The position numbers were made by a program, and so were the translations under genes. Shown here piece by piece: positions 55,601 to 63,500 of a stretch of DNA of 64,000 bases. Below the pieces are notes generated by a model. The model was given only the letters and a program-made list of their open reading frames with translations. It was not told the origin of the DNA and searched no databases. This stretch comes from Octopus vulgaris (taxonomy: Eukaryota), in NCBI GenBank assembly GCA_951406725.2, contig OX597821.1, positions 42,346,001 through 42,410,000 on the forward strand, read 5' to 3'. Position 1 is the stretch's first letter; the number at the start of each line of letters is the position of its first letter.

Positions 55601-57093
55601 TCGTCCAGCTGTACAAGACTCTAGTTTTCCCGATTCTTGGATATGGACACACAATTTGGCAACCCCGGCATAAGGCAATGTGTTGTGAGTTGGAGGATGT
55701 TCAGAGGCGTGCCACCAAACTCATTGCATCCTTGAAAGAAAAGCCATAACCAGAGCACTTGGCTGCACTAAACCGGCCTAGTCTCGAACATTGCCACCGC
55801 AGGGGAGATATGATCAACATGTATAAGTATACGCATGGCCTGTACCTCACGAACCGCACCCCCATTCAACTATTTCCAAGGCAGAAATACAAGAGGACAC
55901 AGCCTGAAATTGGAAAGATCACACTGAGGGCTCAACATTAGAAGCTGCTTTTTCGTACAGCATGTGACCGTCACCTGGAACAGTCTGCCAAACAGTGTGG
56001 TCGCAGCTCCATCAGTCAATGCCTTCAAGAACAAGCTTGATGCAAACTGGAGGGAGCTTCCTGCAAAATTTGACCCTGTCTGTTACTATTAGCTACAACT
56101 GTCCAAGTGTTGTATCATACATGACAAGTTAATTGTGCTAGTGGAAAATGACCTGTGAACAAGCTCCTACACGGAAACCATCCAGTACACTCTATACAGT
56201 GTACTGGGTACATTTTAAAATGGAACCAACGCTAGAGAGGTTGTTGTGCCTTTGTTCACACTTAAGGCTCTCTTGACCTTTTGGTGTTGCTGCTTTTCAT
56301 TCAAGACAGCACGACCAGAAGGGAATGAACAGAAGAGGGAGGATCAGGATCAATAGACGCGAGTAGTAAAGCTATGATGGCAGAGCATTTGGTGTAGGTA
56401 AAGAGTGGAATCACGGAAGACAGTAATGCCCGGGAGTAATTGAAGAGAGACACTAATGGAAGTTATATGTTTGCAGGAGTCATGGAAGCACTCCGTCGGT
56501 TACGACGACGAGGTTTCCGGTTGATCCGAATCAACGGAACAGCCTGCTCGTGAAATTAACGTGTAAGTGGCTGAGCACTCCACAGACACGCGTACCCTTA
56601 ACGCAGTTCTCGGGGATATTCAGCGTGACACAGAGTGACAAGGCCGGCCCCTTGAAATACAGGTACAACAGAAACAGGAAGTAAGAGCAAGAGAAAGTTG
56701 TAGTGAAAGAGTACAGCAGGGATCACCACCATCCCCTGCCGGAGCCTCGTGGAGCTTTTTTATGTGTTTTCGCTCAATAAACACTCACAACGCCCGGTCT
56801 GGGAATCGAAACCGCGACCCTACGACCGCGAGTCCGCTGCCCTAACCACTGGGCCATTGCGCCTCCACAGGAGTAAGACAGGGATTAAGGGAGGGGAAAG
56901 GGTAGGAAAGATTGTCAATGGTAGGAGTGTGTGATGAATGTCAAAAATGAATGGCTTAAGAGATAGTGAGCTATGAATAGCAACACAGAAAAGGTGATCG
57001 TAGAGAAAGTCGGATAGAAATAAATTTGATGCAGTCCCATACATATGCAGGGGTGTGTATACAGAGACACATATACAGACACGCTTATGTTTA

Positions 57094-57124
<31 letters not shown>

Positions 57125-57839
57125 CAACACACACATTTACTTAGATGTAAACTTAATGCATACATATACATATGCGCTTACGCGTGTGTGTGAATATGAT
57201 ATATACACCTATGATATATATGATATATACACCTACACATAGACAAATACATTTACATGCATACATACTGACACACCTATTTATGTTGAACTATAAATTG
57301 TTGTTTTTCTTGTTCACACCACACAGTGTGTGTGCGCACGAGTGTTATATATATATATATGTATGTATAATGAGTGTATGTGTTTACAGCATACGCATCG
57401 CATATATACATAATCAAGGAATTATTCCATTAACGTTGTTTACAAAGCAACTAAATTTGTGTCATTTATTGCTTGTTTAAATGGTGATATATTGCATAAT
57501 CAATAATCTCTTACTGATTATCATTTAAATCATCATCATTGAAAAATTATTATTATGACGATCTTTCGATATTGGTCTACAAAGTGTGGGTATGAGAAGA
57601 CTACGTCGTTCACCCTTTTTTTCAGCCTAGCCATTATTTTTATTGTTATTATTATTATTATTATTATTATTTGTAGTACCTATATTATTTGGGAAAGTTA
57701 TTACTGAGTCGTAACTGTTGAGTAAGTCTATATGGTATTTCGGAGAAGCGAAAGACAAAAAGAAAATCAATGACAATACCTGGTCCATAAGGTGTGCCCC
57801 TTTACGGGGACCATCCGTTTGTTTCTTTTTGGTCGGCAT
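5874..57839 (-). CDS. CC2D1A: Coiled-coil and C2 domain-containing protein 1 (CC2D1A/B, Lgd/Freud-1 family), 29 coding exons, about 1043 aa
   Basis: Hand-spliced GT-AG exons join in consistent phase from ATG (57839) to TAG (5874). Protein has an acidic N-terminus ([13 protein letters not shown]), four DM14-like repeats (e.g. [20 protein letters not shown]...DLSKMPPPP; [10 protein letters not shown]...[10 protein letters not shown]...FEELPTPPG), a helical region ([11 protein letters not shown]) and a C2 domain ([13 protein letters not shown]...[12 protein letters not shown]...[22 protein letters not shown]). Assignment to A versus B is by C-terminal tail resemblance only. Confidence 0.93.
6272..6578 (-). 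mobile_element. Non-autonomous Helitron, copy A
   Basis: Minus strand starts TC(TTTATATATAAAA), ends with hairpin CCCGAGCAACGCCGGG then CTAG; no TSD. Confidence 0.8.
6579..7091 (-). mobile_element. Non-autonomous Helitron, copy B (about 200 bp longer)
   Basis: Starts TC(TATATATATAAAA), same 3' hairpin plus CTAG; the pair sits in an A|T site. Confidence 0.8.
8718..8842 (-). CDS. CC2D1A: CC2D1 exon 28 ([28 protein letters not shown]...LVEKE)
   Basis: GTTACAG/GTAAGT. Confidence 0.87.
8909..9100. mobile_element. Small MITE-like element with about 40-bp imperfect terminal inverted repeats
   Basis: ATGGAGCTAAACACAGGTGTTATTCAAATCTTTATAC ... GTATAAGGATTTGAATAACACTGGCATTTAACTCCAT. Confidence 0.65.
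9325..10522. mobile_element. Foldback element with about 240-bp inverted arms (9325-9566 / 10283-10522)
   Basis: Arms reverse-complementary, e.g. TGTCAATTCATTACGGC vs GCCGTAATGAATTGACA. Confidence 0.8.
9662..10173. mobile_element. Tc1/pogo-type MITE nested in the foldback
   Basis: TACTGTAAATCCTTGAGTATAGTCTGC ... GCAGATTATACTCAAAGATTTATAGTA, TA at both ends. Confidence 0.65.
11352..12110 (+). mobile_element. RTE-clade LINE reverse transcriptase fragment (decayed)
   Basis: [45 protein letters not shown]; stops and frameshifts. Confidence 0.88.
12324..12453 (-). CDS. CC2D1A: CC2D1 exon 27 (ISHLRDNL...GADYWK)
   Basis: TTTACAG/GTAACT, coiled-coil-like. Confidence 0.83.
12495..12945 (+). mobile_element. 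Penelope pseudo-LTR-like remnant containing a degenerate hammerhead
   Basis: Bounded by (TA)n tracts; hammerhead-like motif at 12699-12757. Confidence 0.45.
13435..14443 (+). mobile_element. 3' end of RTE LINE: ORF C-terminus, 3' UTR with short internal repeats and (ATG)n tail
   Basis: MLHGSETWA...WYGHVVRM...RGRLRKIW; repeated GGTGGCAC...AAAGCACC; ends GGACGTTAAACGATGATGATG. Confidence 0.88.
14770..15295. mobile_element. Two RTE-tail/SINE copies in tail-to-tail inverted orientation (14770-14912 +, 14970-15295 -)
   Basis: GGAAGGGCATCCAGCTGTAGAAAC...CCATGCTAGCATGG on both strands. Confidence 0.82.
15349..15406 (-). CDS. CC2D1A: CC2D1 exon 26 ([19 protein letters not shown])
   Basis: TTCCCAG/GTATGT; resembles the SxxVLxxExxxL motif of the CC2D1A tail. 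Confidence 0.85.
15790..16693. mobile_element. Retroelement-terminal remnant with about 105-bp inverted repeat (16191-16298 / 16586-16693), possibly a Penelope inverted pseudo-LTR
   Basis: CAGGATAGTAAAAACAATACAAAATAAAAACAG...GAATGAGAAAATATT and its reverse complement; family assignment is inference. Confidence 0.5.
16694..17335 (-). mobile_element. Mariner transposon 5' half (decayed transposase)
   Basis: [21 protein letters not shown]..., [13 protein letters not shown](A)ETWVHHY; truncated at 16694. Confidence 0.88.
17461..17483 (-). CDS. CC2D1A: CC2D1 microexon 25 (ATATVNQ), 23 nt
   Basis: TTCCAG/GTAAGT; needed to bridge phase 0 to phase 2. Confidence 0.75.
18110..20815 (-). mobile_element. 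Second SINE cluster (same family) with interspersed RTE tail and MITE
   Basis: Repeated SINE cores at about 18670, 18850, 19140, 19340, 19620, 19950, 20480 and 20680. Confidence 0.75.
20316..20342 (-). CDS. CC2D1A: CC2D1 microexon 24 (KTDANVSAN), 27 nt
   Basis: Strong TTTTTTCAG acceptor and GTAAGT donor, phase 0->0. Confidence 0.7.
20833..21116. mobile_element. Tigger/pogo-type MITE
   Basis: TA-CAGTGGAACCCCAGTTTACAA ... TTGTAAACCAAGGTTCCACGG-TA. Confidence 0.72.
21919..22144. mobile_element. TTAA-flanked CCC...GGG MITE (piggyBac-like ends)
   Basis: TTAACCCTTTAG ... CTAAAGGGTTAA; related copies near 20044, 26624, 41190 and 62030, and a second type near 37065 and 47080-48398. Confidence 0.7.
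22393..22521 (-). CDS. CC2D1A: CC2D1 exon 23 ([22 protein letters not shown]...FLRK)
   Basis: ATTCAG/GTAAGT, end of C2 domain. Confidence 0.93.
22558..22880 (-). mobile_element. RTE-tail/SINE copy
   Basis: (CAT)n then CCATGCTGGCATGGGTTGGAC...GATGCCCTTCCTAA. Confidence 0.75.
23937..24027 (-). CDS. CC2D1A: CC2D1 exon 22 ([12 protein letters not shown]...IHDSYD)
   Basis: TATCCAG/GTAAGT. Confidence 0.92.
24882..24981 (-). CDS. CC2D1A: CC2D1 exon 21 ([15 protein letters not shown]...FEVFYR)
   Basis: TTCCCAG/GTGTGT. Confidence 0.9.
26035..26086 (-). CDS. CC2D1A: CC2D1 exon 20 ([17 protein letters not shown])
   Basis: TTTTTAAG/GTAAGT. Confidence 0.88.
27249..27304 (-). CDS. CC2D1A: CC2D1 exon 19 ([18 protein letters not shown])
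   Basis: CTTTCAG/GTAAGT. Confidence 0.92.
27545..27945. repeat. Pyrimidine-rich (CT)-like low-complexity tract
   Basis: Direct reading. Confidence 0.8.
27987..28060 (-). CDS. CC2D1A: CC2D1 exon 18 (C2 start: [20 protein letters not shown])
   Basis: CTCTTAG/GTAAGT. Confidence 0.92.
29292..29408 (-). CDS. CC2D1A: CC2D1 exon 17 (FQTLEQSC...[18 protein letters not shown])
   Basis: CTTTAG/GTATGT, phase 2->2. Confidence 0.92.
30381..30439 (-). CDS. CC2D1A: CC2D1 exon 16 ([19 protein letters not shown])
   Basis: TTTTCAG/GTAAAT, phase 0->2. Confidence 0.9.
31930..32064 (-). CDS. CC2D1A: CC2D1 exon 15 (VPPPL...LVSQIQ)
   Basis: TTGTAG/GTGAGT, 135 nt. Confidence 0.9.
32555..32611 (-). CDS. CC2D1A: CC2D1 exon 14 ([19 protein letters not shown])
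   Basis: TCTTTAG/GTAAGT. Confidence 0.92.
33060..33490 (-). mobile_element. RTE LINE ORF2 fragment
   Basis: [11 protein letters not shown]...MLRWMC...WYGHVARM, upstream [12 protein letters not shown]. Confidence 0.85.
33565..34252 (+). mobile_element. Mariner 5' half with left TIR (Hsmar1-like transposase, frameshifted, truncated)
   Basis: TA-TTGGGTTGGCAAC TIR; [27 protein letters not shown]. Confidence 0.9.
34338..34480 (-). CDS. CC2D1A: CC2D1 exon 13 (DM14-4 N-half)
   Basis: TTTCAG/GTAAAT; [37 protein letters not shown]. Confidence 0.92.
35056..35440 (+). mobile_element. tRNA-derived SINE with 12-bp TSD
   Basis: A box TAGCCCAGTGG, B box GTTTCGATTCC; TSD AGTGTTTTATTC at 35042-35053 and 35441-35452. 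Confidence 0.88.
35554..35733 (-). CDS. CC2D1A: CC2D1 exon 12 (GFPPIPV...EIRKRA)
   Basis: CCCATAG/GTAAGT, 180 nt. Confidence 0.88.
37375..38152. repeat. Diverged about 110-bp tandem units plus an inverted repeat (37783-37872 / 38094-38152)
   Basis: Recurring ACATTTATCTAATTATAC...TTGTGTCAAC...AGATCTAAC; CTGTAATATCTTAATAGATTTTTAATGTG mirrored by CACATTAAAAATCTATTAAGATATTACAG. Confidence 0.65.
38310..38382 (-). CDS. CC2D1A: CC2D1 exon 11 ([24 protein letters not shown])
   Basis: TTACAG/GTACTT, DM14 C-half. Confidence 0.92.
38478..38626 (-). CDS. CC2D1A: CC2D1 exon 10 (DM14-3 N-half)
   Basis: TTTCAG/GTATTG; [10 protein letters not shown]...[10 protein letters not shown]. Confidence 0.92.
39308..39439 (-). 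CDS. CC2D1A: CC2D1 exon 9 (linker STQFQTP...NLSPS)
   Basis: TTTTCAG/GTAAAA, phase 1->1, 132 nt. Confidence 0.75.
40747..40831 (-). CDS. CC2D1A: CC2D1 exon 8 ([28 protein letters not shown])
   Basis: TTCCAG acceptor; donor GTTTGT (an in-frame GT lies 9 nt upstream). Confidence 0.87.
41898..42430 (-). mobile_element. Internally deleted mariner with both TIRs and TA TSD
   Basis: TA-TTGGGTTGTCCGGAAAGTTTG ... CAAACTTTCCGGACAACCCAA-TA; minus-strand PPYS..IAPSDFH / FRSLQNSL remnant. Confidence 0.88.
43171..43286 (-). CDS. CC2D1A: CC2D1 exon 7 (DM14-2 N-half)
   Basis: TTTCAG/GTAATT; [33 protein letters not shown]. Confidence 0.9.
43548..43602. repeat. (AAT)n microsatellite between SINE copies
   Basis: Direct reading. 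Confidence 0.95.
43962..44249 (-). CDS. CC2D1A: CC2D1 exon 6 (Pro/Ser-rich linker)
   Basis: TTTCCAG acceptor, GTCTGT donor, phase 1->1, open frame in ORF track. Confidence 0.82.
45089..45245 (-). CDS. CC2D1A: CC2D1 exon 5 ([24 protein letters not shown]...)
   Basis: TTATAG acceptor, GTGTGT donor chosen by phase. Confidence 0.82.
45400..45755 (+). mobile_element. Young RTE-tail/SINE copy with (ATG)n tail
   Basis: CpG-retaining copy ending GGACGTTAAACGATGATGATGATG. Confidence 0.82.
46120..46350 (-). CDS. CC2D1A: CC2D1 exon 4 (KELNEL...[11 protein letters not shown]; start of DM14-1)
   Basis: TTTCAG acceptor, GTAAGG donor, 231 nt. Confidence 0.88.
47199..48288 (+). mobile_element. Tc1-like DNA transposon with both TIRs, decayed and internally deleted transposase
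   Basis: TA-CATTATATGATCAAAAGTATCCAGACACCC ... GGGTTTCTGGATACTTTTGATCACATAGTG-TA; [32 protein letters not shown]. Confidence 0.9.
49769..49869 (-). CDS. CC2D1A: CC2D1 exon 3 ([17 protein letters not shown]...EDPELL)
   Basis: TTTCTAG acceptor, GTATTC donor, phase 1->0. Confidence 0.85.
50482..51069. mobile_element. Palindromic foldback MITE with about 265-bp arms and about 40-bp loop
   Basis: Mirror ORFs 50555-50749(+) and 50755-50988(-) translate almost identically; CTAAACACTTTCAAACTTCAGACACTGG vs CCAGTGTCTGAAGTTTGAAAGTGTTTAG. Confidence 0.88.
51762..51909 (-). CDS. CC2D1A: CC2D1 exon 2 ([10 protein letters not shown]...[13 protein letters not shown]...RNK)
   Basis: TTATAG acceptor, AG|GTAAG donor, acidic motif typical of family N-terminus. 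Confidence 0.85.
52511..56195 (+). mobile_element. CR1/L2-group LINE, near full length but decayed: PHD-finger ORF1, APE endonuclease and RT ORF2; antisense in CC2D1 intron 1
   Basis: ORF1 CKIC...GCEL...YHAKC...WYCPKPC, coiled coil, KNLVIFGL; ORF2 [51 protein letters not shown]...FKNKLD; many stops. Confidence 0.92.
56481..56866 (-). mobile_element. tRNA-derived SINE (same family as 35056) with TSD CAGGAGT
   Basis: Reverse complement of the 35056-35440 element; CAGGAGT at 56474-56480 and 56868-56874. Confidence 0.88.
57780..57839 (-). CDS. CC2D1A: CC2D1 exon 1 ([20 protein letters not shown])
   Basis: ATG, then CAG|GTATTG donor; phase 0 fits exon 2. Confidence 0.75.
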
Positions 57840-58400
57840 CTCTACCGTCACATCGGAGTCTTAGCAACCAAAATATGATTTATATATAGATGTAAATACG
57901 TACTTCCTTCTTGCTTTTACTTCTCAGTCCCTTGATAAGAACACTCGACCGCAAGATGTACTACACAAAACCATTAGATACGGGTATGTAATCCTGTTTA
58001 CCATAGACATGACATGTGTATGTGTTTGTGTGTGTATATATCCATGTATATTTCTATATACAAATGTATGTGTATGTATATAGATATATGTATAAAACTA
58101 TATGTATATATATAACAATATACACACACACACACACCAGTTGTACTGATGAGGATAAGAAAATTTCTTTAGAAAAAAAAGCCTCCTGCACGGGACCGAT
58201 GTAAATATTATTAATTTGTTTTAACACATTAATAGTTTAGGAAAAAAATGGAAATCCGAAATCTCGCCAGAGTTTTTTTTTTTTACTGTAAACGTGACGT
58301 TTAACGAGACATTACGAGATTTGAGAAACGAGAGATAAGGCAGCCATTTTGAAAATAATAGGAAAGCTGTAGGAAGGGGGAGAACAGACGGTCAAAAGCT
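57840..58400. promoter_or_regulatory. Putative (possibly bidirectional) promoter / 5' region of CC2D1
   Basis: Largely transposon-free, locally CpG-richer. YY1-like CAGCCATTTT at 58341-58350, CRE-like GTGACGT at 58294-58300, several CGAGA/TCTCG motifs; directly upstream of the start exon. Confidence 0.45.
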
Positions 58401-58956
58401 TTTACTATGGATGACCAAAGCGGTCAAAATCTTTACCCTGGAGACTTTTTTGGTGTTAATTCAGCCTCCCAACAACTTAACCCCGATTGAATATACTTAT
58501 GGTTTAAAATATTTCTAGCCATGACGATCTCGTCTTTTCTATCTAGTTGTTCAATGTATCCAGTCATGTTTTTAAACAGTAGGGTATAGTTTGATGACGA
58601 TTTAGCTGCTATTTCTAGCAGATCAAAGGACCAGATAGAAGTTCTCTCGCTGGCTCATTGGTGGGGTTGTGGTTGTTCTTCGTGACGTTACTGTTAATGT
58701 GGTTGTTGTTTATTACACCTCTTCCTGACTATGTGTTTTCCGTTACGGCTTGATGAATTCCCTCGGGAAAAATTACATCTTTTATACAAGGTTCTACCTT
58801 GTATAGCTGTGAACCATACCTCCACATAGCTTTTTTTTTCTTTTTCAGGGATCGGGAAGTCTTTGTATTGTCACTGATCCCTTATGTCTAAAGAAAATAG
58901 GATTTAGGTTGTAGCTGTTCATGATTTTACAGGTTAGAAAGAATCAGGTGTAGACA

Positions 58957-59017
58957 ATGGAATTGTCAAGATTAGACGAATTACTTCCTTTTGATACTCA
59001 TGCAGAAGATGTGGACA
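58957..59017 (+). CDS. Possible first coding exon of a divergent unknown gene (MELSRLDELLPFDTHAEDVD)
   Basis: TTTTACAG acceptor at 58932, ACAATGG start context, GTATCT donor; no downstream exon identified. Confidence 0.3.
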
Positions 59018-60230
59018 GTATCTAAACTCCTTTTTAGATGTCTTATTATTGTGAAACGTAAATATCTTTTTATCAGATTACTTAATTAGATTGATATATC
59101 TAAATTCTTCTCTCCTCAAGCTAAAGAAGGAACTTCTAGGAGGTTGCTGAATCTGCAAGGAATAGCAGCCAAATCTCTCTAAAACTACATCCCACTGTCT
59201 TGAAAAAAATGGAACACAGTTGGATAATATAGTCTGAGAGAACACTTGAGAATGTTTGACCATACATCTACTCAATCAGGGCTAAACAACAACTTCCCTT
59301 TCCTATTTTCCTGTTTTTATAACAGTTAGTAAGAAAGTAAAGAGTTGATACTGTTCATTGGATGTATATCCATATCACTAGTTCACTTTGACAAAGAACT
59401 GCAATCTTACTTTGTGGCAGTGTGTTTTCTTATATTTTAAACCATTTTCATAAATGTATATTTTTTTCTTTGTCACCTCTTAATATCTGACATAACTGTT
59501 GAAAATGAACAAGTAATGTTTTTCTTTTTTGTTGTCCATTAGTGTTACAAATGTTTAGAGAAGTAACCCTTTAATAGTAATAATTTCACTTCAATTCAAC
59601 CCATAATTATTTGATATTACAATTGAAGTTGTAATAACAATAAATTTGAAAGCAATTGTGCAGGTACAGGTATAGCTTTGTGACTAAATTTGTTTCCCAA
59701 CAACATGGTTTCAGATACAGTCCCACTGTGTGATGCCTCGCCTTGTGAATGGATTGGGCACATAAAAACTGAATGAAGCCTGTCATATATGTATATGTAA
59801 CTATATATGTGTCTTCCCTTTCCTATTATAAGGGTTGGTGACAGGAAGGGCATTCAACCATAGAAAATTTGCTTCAATGAGTTCCATCTAACTCAAACAA
59901 GAATGGAAAAGTGAATGATGATGTACAATGATTTATTTTTGACTCAATACTACACATAACTGGATCAGGATTATGTTTGCTTAACCAATCCCAGTAAGTT
60001 ATTAATGGCCTTGTCAAACGAAAGTGGCTCCTTTTCCAGACTCTCTGAGACTGTTGTGAAGAAGGACCTTATACTTCACTAGAATTTATTTTACTGGCTT
60101 TATAAAGATGAAGGCAAATTTGGTTACAAACTATGTAACTAAATACTACAAGGTATTTTGTCTAGCGCTCTGACACTCTGCTATCCTCACAACATAAAAT
60201 AATGATATAAATAACATACATGAAATATGT

Positions 60231-60530
60231 GGAGGCGCAATGGCCCAGTGGTTAGGGCAGCGGACTCACGGTCGTAGGATCGCGGTTTCGATTCCCAGAC
60301 CAGGCGTTGTGAGTGTTTATTGAGTGAAAACACCTAAAGCTCCACGAGGCTCCGGCAGGGGGTGGTGGCGATCCCTGCTGTACTCTTTCGCCACAACTTT
60401 CTCTCACTCTTTCTTCTGTCGGCCTGCTCGTTTAGCCAGCGGGGTGGCGTCATTTGAAGGCTAAAACAATGCGAAGCGCATCGTGACTAGCGATGTGTAG
60501 CAACATCTGATAGCCTGGTCGGTCACGGTG
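60231..60530 (+). mobile_element. tRNA-derived SINE with same head but different tail, 11-bp TSD
   Basis: GGAGGCGCAATGGCCCAGTGG...GTTTCGATTCC; TSD ACATGAAATAT at 60218-60228 and 60531-60541. Confidence 0.88.
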
Positions 60531-63500
60531 ACATGAAATATAATAACTTTGTTCATATAACATCTGCTTAAATATAATATAGAACAATAATTGCTAACAT
60601 AGGCACAAGGCCAGAAATTTGGAAGAAGGAGCACTTAATCTGATCAACCCCAATGCTTGACTGGTACTTTATTTTATCAGGCCCAGTAGAATGAAAGGCA
60701 AAGTTTTCCTTAGCAGGATTTGAACCCAGAGCATAAACAGCCAGAATGAATACTGAAAAATATATTGTCCAATGCTCTAATGACTACCAATAGTAAACAT
60801 ATAGTGGAACCTATCTTGTTCAGTAAGGTCAACAGGAACTGTAAAGTAAAAACCAGAGTTCAAGAAAACAGTGGTCTGTATTAATAAAAGTCATTTGATA
60901 AGATTCACAAATTTGGATAAGCTTGTTCAATCTTGGAAAGACAAGAGTACATTAAGCAAAGCCATTTTTTATGCTTATCTTCTATGCTACTGTTAACCTT
61001 TTAAGGTATTTATTTTACTGACTTTACTTGAAATATCAAGTTTCTTATCTTCCTACAGTATTCAAACATATCCAAATTTGTGAATTTTAGAAAAGGATTA
61101 TTGCAAATACAGACCATCTGCTTTTTATTTAGAGTTCCTGTTTGTCTAAATGATGAAAGAGTTCCTTATTACATGTACTCTTGACTCCGTGTGGCATACA
61201 ACCTATACTGGGAAAAGCAGTTTTCCCATGGGCAATTAGCTGTAATATCATTAAGTTCAAAATCAAATAAATTCAACCTACCCAGATAAAAATTTATGTA
61301 AATCATTGAAAAAAAAATACAAGATAATAATGTTGCTTCCTCTACTATTCTCCAAATTCCTCAAATTACCAACAACTCTTTGACTATGTGTCCTGCATTG
61401 AGGACATATATCTCACTTCATCCCTTTATGAATTCATCATCCTCAATGACTTCTTAGCTCTCATTCAACACTGATGCCACTGACCTTTTCACTATCCTCA
61501 ACTTTCATCATCAACTCGTTTCATCCATTTCACATATCCCGAACTGACAGACACACTCTGAACATTGTTGATCTCTTTCTCTACTCCAAATTCATCCTCT
61601 ACAGATGTTAAATGAACAAAGTTTATGTATCCTGAGCTGGCAGAATTGTTAGCAAGCTGGACAAAATGTTTAGCAACATTTCATCCATCTTTACATTCTG
61701 AGTTCAAATTCTGCCAAGGTTAATTTTACCTTTCATCCTTTCAGGGTTAATAAAACAAGTACCAGTTGAGTAATAGGGTCTATGTAATCAACTTACCCAC
61801 AGCTCTGAAATTGCTACCCTTATGCCAATATTAGAAACCATTATTTTATGTAGTGAGGATAGTGGACTGTCAGAGTGTCTGACAAAATACCATGTCGTAT
61901 TCTACAAGACCATAAACTTTGTACCTATTGGATCATCAGATTTCTGCTTTATTGTGACTACCCAACATATATCCACACACTGCACAATACATTCCTCCAA
62001 CCCCACTGGACCCCATAGCACTTTAGTGCTTTAGAATTCACATTATTCTGTCAAAAGTATTGCTTATTTAATCATATTGTTTTGAATTAATTATACATTA
62101 CCTTGTAGCTTTGAGATTTTGATGAGATAACAGTTAATTTTTAAAATAATATTGTAGGATTGGTCTGAAAGGCCACATCTGACCAGCTTCAACATAAAGC
62201 AGGTAGAATATTATGGTCAGTTTGAATGCTAATTAGTCAACTGATCAGAGTTCTGTAAGTTCTATTCCTTGACAGTACATATGCTTCACTCTTAATCTAT
62301 CATAAACAGAGGGGCAGGTGGCAGTATTCACCCTCTTACTTTCCATGTCATCCCATCATCGTTATGTTAGCATCTTGCATGAGTCAGAGGTAGATATCCT
62401 ATGGCCAGCTGCCCTTCCTGTCACTAACCCTCACTTGGTTCCAACTAAGGTAATATTTCTCTTTGGCCAGCCATGTTTTCACAGGAAACTGGAAACAAAT
62501 GAATGATGGTAATACTCGCTTATAACTATCACACTGTATCAAGACAAGGAGACCCAAACACACACATATACATGCACATGATGGGCTTCTTTTATTTTTC
62601 GTCATCCAAATCTACTCACAAGGCTTTGATCAGCTTGGGACTTCAGTAAAAGACACTTACCATAAGGTGCCATGCAGTAGGACTGAACCTAAAAACACAT
62701 GGTTGATGAATAAACTTCTTAACCACACACCCATACCTGTACCAATATGAACAGTATACAAACAAAAACTTCATAATCACATGTCTCATGATTGGTTCAC
62801 TCATTGCTGTATTAAAGCAGTTCAAGTATTCACTTAAAACTTTTTTTTAAATCAAACAAACAAGTCCTACAATTCCTAGAAAAAATATTACTCACTCTCA
62901 GAAAATATGCTTTCTTAACTCAGTACCATAATTCTTGCAAGACCATTATCCAAACTACAAAATATGTCTTCATGCATTGCACAGTCTTCAAGTTCTGTTA
63001 CCTCCCAAAATATGGCCAATCTTTCTGATCCCTTACTAAAAGGATCTCCTTCAATGGAATCATCCTTCCACTTCTCAATTATGATGGTTCTGTGAGCAAT
63101 CCTCCCATGATGGAGAAACCGCTTGCTTTTACTGCTTGTTTTGCATCCAACAACACATTGCACTGGAGTTGTGCCAATCCCGTTGCCTTCAAAAGCAAAA
63201 AATGTAAACACTGCATGTATAAGAATCTATCATTGCATATACACCCTTTCCCTTCAACACAACAAGCAACTGGAGTCCTTTTGATGATTCTATTTCCTAG
63301 GGTTCACACTATAACTGTGATGTCTTCCATGGTGGACACACCAAGTTGGCTCTCAACAAGTACATATTAGACTATGGCCAATCCACCTATAATCATCTTG
63401 TCTTTCATTTGGATATCATATGTCTCAGGTTGTTAAATTCCAGATCAGTCTTCATCAAAGTTGCTCAGTTTTTTTGGATTTAAAGAATTTTTCTTTTAGA

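Noticed and set aside
53333-55941. Several ORFs that look like endonuclease/RT genes
   Set aside because: Fragments of one decayed LINE ORF2 with multiple stops and frameshifts, not host genes
60030-60085. Possible + strand exon after CCTTTTCCAG
   Set aside because: All frames hit stops quickly and no donor compatible with the 58957 exon was found
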